DNA of 64,000 nucleotides from an uncultured Chloroflexia bacterium (lineage in GTDB: Bacteria > Chloroflexota > Limnocylindria > Limnocylindrales > CSP1-4), in the NCBI GenBank assembly GCA_963768655.1, contig CAVYIM010000003.1, positions 320,001 through 384,000 of the forward strand. The letters run 5' to 3'. Both the position numbers and the translations under genes were made by a program. Shown here in pieces: positions 57,892 to 64,000 of this stretch; positions within the stretch are counted from its first letter, which is position 1; each line of letters starts with the position of its first letter. A model generated the notes under the pieces. That model ran no database searches and was not told the origin of the DNA. It saw only the letters and a program-made list of their open reading frames with translations.

Positions 57892-58393
57892 GGAAGAGGT
57901 ACGAGCGCCAGCTCCCGTTGCGGTCGTCCCGGAGGTACGGCGTGAAGAGCGAGTAGACGTCACAGCGTGGCTCGATCGGGCGGCGGGCCAGTCGAAGCTT
58001 GGCCTCGTCGAGCAGTTTGCCGCCCTTGCGATGGTTGCACGACTTGCAGGCCGTGACCAGGTTATCCCAGGTGTGGGAGCCGCCACGATGACGGGGCACG
58101 ACATGGTCCAGGGTTAGATCGCCGCTCTGGTGGCCGCAGTACTGGCACGTATAGGAGTCGCGCGTGAAGATCTCACGCCGAGTCAGCTTCACCCGCGGCC
58201 GCGGCCTCTTGATCTGGTGCTGGAGGCGGATCACGGCGGGCGCGCGGTAGTCTGCCCGCGGCGTCCGGATCACCTGGTGGTCGTACTCGAGCACTTCGGC
58301 CCGCTCGCCGAACACCAGCCGGAAGGCGCGTGGCAGGTTGCACACGTTCAGCGGCTCATAGTTCTGATTGAGGACCAGGACCACGCCCTCCAT
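57881..58393 (-). CDS. HNH endonuclease family protein
   Basis: VLVLNQNYEPL, RDSYTCQYCG, TLDHVVPR.RGG, WDNLVTACKSCNHRKG. Confidence 0.92.
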   Translation of the reverse strand: MEGVVLVLNQNYEPLNVCNLPRAFRLVFGERAEVLEYDHQVIRTPRADYRAPAVIRLQHQIKRPRPRVKLTRREIFTRDSYTCQYCGHQSGDLTLDHVVPRHRGGSHTWDNLVTACKSCNHRKGGKLLDEAKLRLARRPIEPRCDVYSLFTPYLRDDRNGSWRSYLFLGH

Positions 58394-58509
58394 GCTCGCA
58401 TCCTACCAGAGCAGGGCCCTGGGCCGGGCTCGCGCGGGGCCGACGTCCGCGGCACGATTGCAAATCCCTCGGCCGGGTGGGCCTGCCAGCCTCGGCCCCG
58501 TCGAAACAG

Positions 58510-58535
58510 GGAGGCCCCCGACGTCGGGGGCCTCC
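58510..58535. terminator. Perfect 26-bp palindrome downstream of the Tad cassette
   Basis: ggaggcccccgacgtcgggggcctcc. Confidence 0.55.
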
Positions 58536-58557
58536 GAATGCTCAGGGGCTGGGCGAT

Positions 58558-60244
58558 CTACGGTCCAGTCGGAACGAGGTGGACCGGGTTGCCTTTCACA
58601 TTGACCGACCAGGTGGTGAGGTCGCTTCCGGCCGAAACGTTGTACTGGACCTGCCACCAGCCGCCCTGCCATAGGCCGTTGGCGCCATAGTTGGTCCCGA
58701 GCGGAATAGTGATCTCGATCCACGTGTTGTTGAAGCTGCTTCCACTCGAACCCGCGACCGTGATCTTGCTGCGTCCGGTGCCGGAGCAGGCGTCCGACTT
58801 GCCGGCGGCGCAGTTGCCCGGGCTCACCTCCGCCAGGCTCGAGTTGTAGTTGTACGTGGTATAGCTGAAGTTCGTGACGAGCACCGGGCTGGACCCCGAC
58901 GTGTCCGGGCTCAGGATCTGGATGTAGCCGGCCGTCGAGTCGCCGATGTCGAACAAGTCGATGGTGAGCGTCTTTCCGGCGCCGGTCTCCTGGTCGACTT
59001 TGGCGATGTAGAACTGCTGGAGGACGTTGTTCGCCGAGAGGTTGTTGTAGACGGCCATCCTGTCGTAGCCGTAGACCGTCGGCGAGCCGCCTCCGACTGC
59101 CTCTATGGCGAACATGTTCTGAGCGGCGGTGCTATCGCTGGTCTCCGAGGCGCCACTCGGATTCGTGGTCGAAACCTCCAGTTCATAGGTCCCGGCTGCT
59201 TCGGTCGCGAAGGTCCACCACTTGTCGTGGTAAGTCGCATTACAGGCAGTGGCACCGGAGGGGCCGCCGTTCGATGTGTCAGAGCCCGTTTCGTTCTGGA
59301 ACGTGGCTCCCGAGGAGGCCACCTGGGTCCAGCTGCCGGGAACCAGCGGCACGTTGTGCGTGTCCCACAGCGTGTAGTAGGTGGAAACCGGGTGGCTGGT
59401 GCCGGAGGAACCGACCCAGTGATCGCCGGCGCCGTAGTTACCGGCTGTGCCGGCGCCCATGGCGCAGAAGCCGGCATCGAAGATGTTGATGTTGCCTCCG
59501 GACGGGAGGGTCACCGTGTAGTAGTAGCCCTTGTACCCGTCCGCCCCTGTCGGAGCCCCGGGGTACAGAACATTGTTCGACGGGCTGCCGGTGGAGTTGT
59601 TCTCGGGCGCATAGGCGTCGCCGTTCTGCTCGTCCCCGCCCGGAGTGCTGATTGCCCCCCAGGCCCCCAGGCTGCCCAGGGAGTTGGATCCGGTGAAGGC
59701 CGAGTTATCCGAGGTGACGCCGCTCTGGCCGTTACCCGTAGTGGCACAGCCGGGGACCGGCGACTGATTGCCCGACTTGAGGACGTAGCAGCCAACTCCC
59801 ATGTAGGCCAGCGGGCTGCCCATCGGCACGGGCATGATGAACGCGGCGCGTGACTGGCGGGTGATCGTCCAGTTGTTGATACCGAAGATTTCGAACGAAG
59901 AAAGTCGGGACCTGGCTGGTGATCGTCACATTCAACTGACGGTTGTTGGCCGGATTCGGGGCGGCGGTGACCGATGTCGTCGTACCGGCCGCGTAACCGT
60001 TGGCCGCAACTTCGGCGATGGCGGTGTTGTCGGCGTCGGTAACGTCGCCGGGCAGGTAGACCACGCCCGCGAGCGACCCCGCATCGGCCGCGCGCTGAAT
60101 CTCCAGCCCCTTGCGCCAGGCGTATGTAACGTCGATGGCGATCCCGACGAGCCCGATCAGAACGGTCAGCATCAGGGCGAAGACGACGATGATCTGGCCC
60201 GCCTCCTTGGCGGTCAGATCGATCTTGGCGCGATCGCGGTTCAT
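58558..60244 (-). pseudogene. TadG-like Flp pilus assembly protein with an apparent +1 frameshift at about 59890
   Basis: AGQIIVVFALML...IDV...QRAADAGSLAG; removing one A in cgaaatc joins FFVR-IFGINNWTITRQSRAAFIMPVPMG to ORF 58558..59835. Confidence 0.75.
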
Positions 60245-60297
60245 CCGGCCGTCGACCTTGTGACGTCCGTGAAGATGTATCCGAAGCAGTGGCTGAC

Positions 60298-60909
60298 TCA
60301 TTGCGAAGGTGGCTCCAGTGCCATCACGGTTTGGTCGGTCATGGTGATCTGGGCTGACGTGAACATCGATAGGAGCGCCCCAAGCGGCGTGATGAACACG
60401 TACTTATACGTGATTCGGACGCCGATGGATGGAGCGGGTGCCGTGCCGCAGCGCGTCGAAGCGTCCCAGTTCGCCGAGGACTGGACGAAGTCGAGGTTCT
60501 GCGCGGCGCCGGCCAGCAATGGCCCGCCCCGGTAGGAGTACGTCCACGTGTTGACCTTGCTGGACATCGACCCGTCGGCATTGGCCAGGAAGATCTGGAT
60601 CGACTGGACCTGCGCCGGGTTGACCGGCGAACCGGGCGAAACGAGGGCTCCCTCGACGGCGCCGATGATCTGCGGATCGACGAGCTGGGAGGCGGCCGTC
60701 ACGCCGCCGCCGCAGGCCGCACTGCCGTTGACCAGCTCCGAGCCGACTCGAGCGCCCTGCCTCGTCGCCGTCTCGATGGCCGTGTTGTGGTTGATCGCGA
60801 AACCGAGTTCCAGCATCCCCAGCACCAGGACCAGGATCACCGGCAGGATCAGGGTGAACTCGGCGAGGGACTGACCGCGCATGGACCGGCGTCGCAGGGC
60901 TCGCGTCAT
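60298..60909 (-). CDS. TadE-family minor pilin
   Basis: RGQSLAEFTLILP, ATRQGARVGS, YKYVFITP. Confidence 0.85.
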   Translation of the reverse strand: MTRALRRRSMRGQSLAEFTLILPVILVLVLGMLELGFAINHNTAIETATRQGARVGSELVNGSAACGGGVTAASQLVDPQIIGAVEGALVSPGSPVNPAQVQSIQIFLANADGSMSSKVNTWTYSYRGGPLLAGAAQNLDFVQSSANWDASTRCGTAPAPSIGVRITYKYVFITPLGALLSMFTSAQITMTDQTVMALEPPSQ

Positions 60910-61502
60910 TGGACTGGCTCCAGGCGACTCGTGCTCGTCTCGACGAAAGTGGGTGGCGAGCCTCCCAGTCCGATCATTCCCGGGAGCGGTGTGATCCACT
61001 GATATGCGTAGGTGATTGTCACGCCGATCCAGTCCACGCCCGTGTGGCCGCTCGCACAGCCCGTGGCCAGCACCACATTGCAGCGATTGGCGGCCGGGTA
61101 ACCGTTGGTGGACTGCGTGTAGGGGATCGTCACGCCGTTGTTGCACAAGTGGGTCCCGTTTCGCAACCAGGTGTCCGCGCCCAGGTTGGTACCGTCGAGA
61201 TTGGTCCAGAAGATGGACACGCTCTGGATGCGCGTACGGTCGACCGGAGCCTGAATGTCGGCTTCGACCTGCTGCAGGATGTAGCAATCGGCGTCGCTGG
61301 CGTTGCCGAGTTCCGCGGCGTACTGATCGGAGTCCTCGCTCGCGTATGTGATGCCGGTCTTGACCGTGAGCAGGAAGGCGAACTCGGCGATCGCGACCAC
61401 CAGGACCATGAAGATCGGAATGACGAGGGCAAACTCGACCAGAGCCTGGCCGCGTGAACGGCGACGGCTTTGACTCAAGGCTGCGCGGCTGTCGTTGCGC
61501 AT
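60906..61502 (-). CDS. TadE-family minor pilin
   Basis: RGQALVEFALVIP, YAYQWITP. Confidence 0.85.
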   Translation of the reverse strand: MRNDSRAALSQSRRRSRGQALVEFALVIPIFMVLVVAIAEFAFLLTVKTGITYASEDSDQYAAELGNASDADCYILQQVEADIQAPVDRTRIQSVSIFWTNLDGTNLGADTWLRNGTHLCNNGVTIPYTQSTNGYPAANRCNVVLATGCASGHTGVDWIGVTITYAYQWITPLPGMIGLGGSPPTFVETSTSRLEPVQ

Positions 61503-61702
61503 CAACTCCCCCGAGGCGGGAAAAGTGGACTCCAAGGAGATCGAGGGTAGGGTCGAATCCTTGCACCTACCATAACTAGGGGGAAGCCGGAGCGCGCGTC
61601 GATCTGCCGAATTGGTGCATTCTGGCCACGAAAGTACCATTGGCTTCTCGAACCTCACCAACGTCCTGGGGCGCGGCCGAACGAACGATCCATTGCGCTC
61701 GC

Positions 61703-62491
61703 TCAGCGCTTCTGCGACCAGTTGGCGCCCGGCCGCAGCTCCGCCGCAACCAGGCGGTAGCCGCCGCCCGATTCGGTGATCAGGTGGATCGGGTGGTCCG
61801 GATCGAACTCCAGCTTCTGGCGCAGGCGCCGGACGGTCACCCAGACGTAGGCCGGGTCGGCGGCGTCCGAGTCGGCCCAGACCTTGTGCAGGAGTTGCTC
61901 GGTCGTCACGGCCGCCGGCATGCTCGCGGCAAGAGTCGCCAGGAACCGTGATTCGGTGGGCGACAGGGCCACGCGGCGGCCACGGACCGTGGCCTCTCTC
62001 TTGCGGGGAGTCAGCGTGATGTCGCCGAGAGCGAGCTCCTCGACCGGTATCTGGTCGCGCAGCCGGCGGAGAACGCGGCGAATCCTGGCCAGCAGCTCGG
62101 CGTAGTCGTACGGCTTGGTGACGTAGTCCTCAGCGAAGTGGGCGATCAGGTCTGCCTTGCTGTCGGCCTCGGCGATGGCCGAGAGGACCAGGATCGGCAG
62201 GTCGGCGCGACTCTTGATACGGCGGGCCAGGGTCTGGCCGTCCATCTCCGGCATCAGCAGATCGAGGATCACGAGGTCCGGCCAGGCGAGATCTAGTTGC
62301 TCGAGGGCCTCACGCGCGCTGCTCGCCCGGGCCACCTCGAAGCCGTCGCCCGTCAGCCGTTCGGCAAGCGCGTCGAGATGCGCCACGTCGTCGTCTACCA
62401 GGAGCAGCCGCGCCTCGATCACAGGATCGATTCTACGGCGCCGTGCGGCTTCGACAACAGCCGGGCGCGGCTGGCGACGGGCGACCGTCAA
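61703..62491 (-). CDS. OmpR/KdpE-like response regulator (orphan; paralog of 46468..47175)
   Basis: LLLVDDD, LDLLMPEMDG, EDYVTKPY, LSPTESRFL, ADPAYVWVTVRRLRQK. Confidence 0.88.
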   Translation of the reverse strand: MTVARRQPRPAVVEAARRRRIDPVIEARLLLVDDDVAHLDALAERLTGDGFEVARASSAREALEQLDLAWPDLVILDLLMPEMDGQTLARRIKSRADLPILVLSAIAEADSKADLIAHFAEDYVTKPYDYAELLARIRRVLRRLRDQIPVEELALGDITLTPRKREATVRGRRVALSPTESRFLATLAASMPAAVTTEQLLHKVWADSDAADPAYVWVTVRRLRQKLEFDPDHPIHLITESGGGYRLVAAELRPGANWSQKR

Positions 62492-63195
62492 TCGAGGCCG
62501 GCAAGCTCGCGGGCCCTCGTCATCGCCGCGTCGAGCATCGCGGGCGTGAGGCGCCCGGTGAAGGTGTTCTGCTGGCTGGGGTGGTACGAGCCCAGCAGGG
62601 CATAGCGGCCGGCGGTGACTTCGGCCATGTGGCCAAACACCGGTTTGGGATGCGGCCCCGGAGCGAGCCCCGCACTGAGCTCCGCCAGTGCCCCTAGCGC
62701 CGCCAGCGTGCCGGCCCAGGCGTATGACCCCAGCGCGACGATGACGCGCAGCTCCGGCAAGGACGCCAGCTCACGAACGAGGTAGGGCAGGCAGTTGTCT
62801 CGCTCATCCGGGAGCGGCTTGTTGTCCGGCGGGGCACAGCGCACCACCGCGGCGACGTACACACCGCGGGCGGACAGCCCGTCCATGGCGTCGGTCGATG
62901 TCGGCTGGTTGACGAAGCCGGTCCGATGGAGCGACGCGAACAGGAAGTCGCCCGATCTGTCGCCGGTGAAGAGCCGGCCGGTTCGATTGCCGCCGTTGGC
63001 GGCGGGAGCGAGCCCGACGAGAAGGACGCGAGCATTCGGATCGCCCCAACCCGGCAGCGGCCGAGCCCAGTAGCGCTGCCCCATGAACCTCGCCGGCGGG
63101 TGCGCCGCCGCCTCTTCGCGCCACTCCACCAGTCTGGGGCAACGGCGGCAGGCGATCACCTCGGCGGAGAGGTCGGTCAGAGAATCGGGCGCCAT
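62488..63195 (-). CDS. udgB: Family 5 uracil-DNA glycosylase (UdgB-like, 4Fe-4S)
   Basis: CRRCPRL, VGLAPAANGGNRTGRLFTGDRSG, VRCAPPDNKP, SYHPSQQNTFTG. Confidence 0.9.
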   Translation of the reverse strand: MAPDSLTDLSAEVIACRRCPRLVEWREEAAAHPPARFMGQRYWARPLPGWGDPNARVLLVGLAPAANGGNRTGRLFTGDRSGDFLFASLHRTGFVNQPTSTDAMDGLSARGVYVAAVVRCAPPDNKPLPDERDNCLPYLVRELASLPELRVIVALGSYAWAGTLAALGALAELSAGLAPGPHPKPVFGHMAEVTAGRYALLGSYHPSQQNTFTGRLTPAMLDAAMTRARELAGLD

Positions 63196-63205
63196 ACGGC
63201 TGACT

Positions 63206-63820
63206 CTAGCGCGCCGCCCCGCTCGCGGTCTCGTCCACCGCCGTCGCCTCGCGCCACCGCTCGACCAGCCGCTCGATGACACGCCGCCGTTCGATCGAGC
63301 GCCAGATGACGAAGGCGGCGATCGCGCCGGCGGCATTCATCATTGCGTCGTCGATGTCCGTGACCCGGTAGGTGAAGCCTTCGATGAGCGACCCCGCAAG
63401 CTGGGTCAGCTCGATGCCGACCCCAAACGCGATGGCCACGATCACGAACCGGCGCCATTCGCGCAGCGCGGGCCATAGCCCCGGTCCGTAGATGCCGAAC
63501 GGAATGAGCGCCAGGGCGTTTCCGAGCAGCTGGCGGAAGTTGTCCCAGGTGAGGTCTTGGAGCTGCCGCGTGATCGTGCCAAACGGCACCACGTTGTCGT
63601 CGCTCAGGCCCCGGGTCTGGCGATAGAACTCCTGACCGGCGATCGGAATCGGGAAGATGGTCAGCGCTACCACCAGAGTCACGTGCGTCAGGGCCAGCAG
63701 CGCCAGCACCTTCCAGCGTCGACCGGCACTGCGCCGCAGCACCCACACGCCGATCAGGGCGGCCGGCGGCAGGACGAGGTAGCCGGGCAGCAGGGTGAGG
63801 TAGCCGTCGGTGATCGTCAT
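63206..63820 (-). CDS. VanZ-family membrane protein
   Basis: NVVPFGTI, LGNALALIPFG, IELTQ, RVTDIDDAMMNAAG. Confidence 0.88.
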   Translation of the reverse strand: MTITDGYLTLLPGYLVLPPAALIGVWVLRRSAGRRWKVLALLALTHVTLVVALTIFPIPIAGQEFYRQTRGLSDDNVVPFGTITRQLQDLTWDNFRQLLGNALALIPFGIYGPGLWPALREWRRFVIVAIAFGVGIELTQLAGSLIEGFTYRVTDIDDAMMNAAGAIAAFVIWRSIERRRVIERLVERWREATAVDETASGAAR

Positions 63821-64000
63821 CGCGGGCGCCCCTCCGGGTTGTCAGTCGGTCCAGGATGACACGATCGGTCGACCTCGCGACGCGCCGAAGTTGGCCCGTG
63901 GCTTAGCGTCCGGTTTCGGTCCGGTACAGGTTCGGCAACCTTGAGTCTCCGCCGATGCCCGCCAGACGATCCGCGGCCCGATGCGCTGACCGGCTCCAGG

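Noticed and set aside
57881-58393. HNH gene as a mobile homing endonuclease or Cas9/IscB fragment
   Set aside because: It matches the common short housekeeping-context HNH family (VLVLN..YEPL start); no RuvC motifs or intron/IS ends are present.
61503-61702. c-di-GMP riboswitch upstream of tadE
   Set aside because: Only a simple ggtagg...cctacc stem is visible; the GEMM consensus elements are not present.

Overview
GC-rich, gene-dense bacterial chromosome segment of about 64 genes. Gene content (Tad minor pilins, LigC/Prim-PolC, USP-GpgS fusion, PASTA protein) fits a soil Chloroflexota or Actinobacteria-like organism; this taxonomy is an inference. Core genes include a partial PASTA protein, folC-folP-folB, htrA with a two-component system, rplY, MFS and ABC transporters, ligC with a PrimPol, marR/yceI, dps, uppP, an rcnA-like exporter, nth, a glucosylglycerate cluster, galE, a CCA-adding enzyme, an HNH protein, TadE/TadE/TadG, udgB and vanZ. 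A mosaic accessory stretch begins at tRNA-Thr(CGT) near 26 kb. Main leads: (1) an intact, apparently transcribed ATP-dependent-ligase-fold protein with nearly all catalytic residues replaced; (2) a tRNA-Thr 5' half broken at the anticodon loop, followed 18 bp later by a different complete tRNA-Thr(CGT) whose last 52 bp recur about 1.1 kb downstream around an integrase-less mini-island, next to a TIR-domain gene; (3) a CPBP protease coupled to one of two paralogous surface proteins sharing a TM+RPxKPP tail; (4) an orphan [NiFe]-hydrogenase large subunit and protease, each followed by a paralogous unknown membrane protein; (5) many leaderless-type promoters. No CRISPR array, rRNA, intact transposase or integrase was seen. 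All family calls come from reading motifs by eye, not from database searches.
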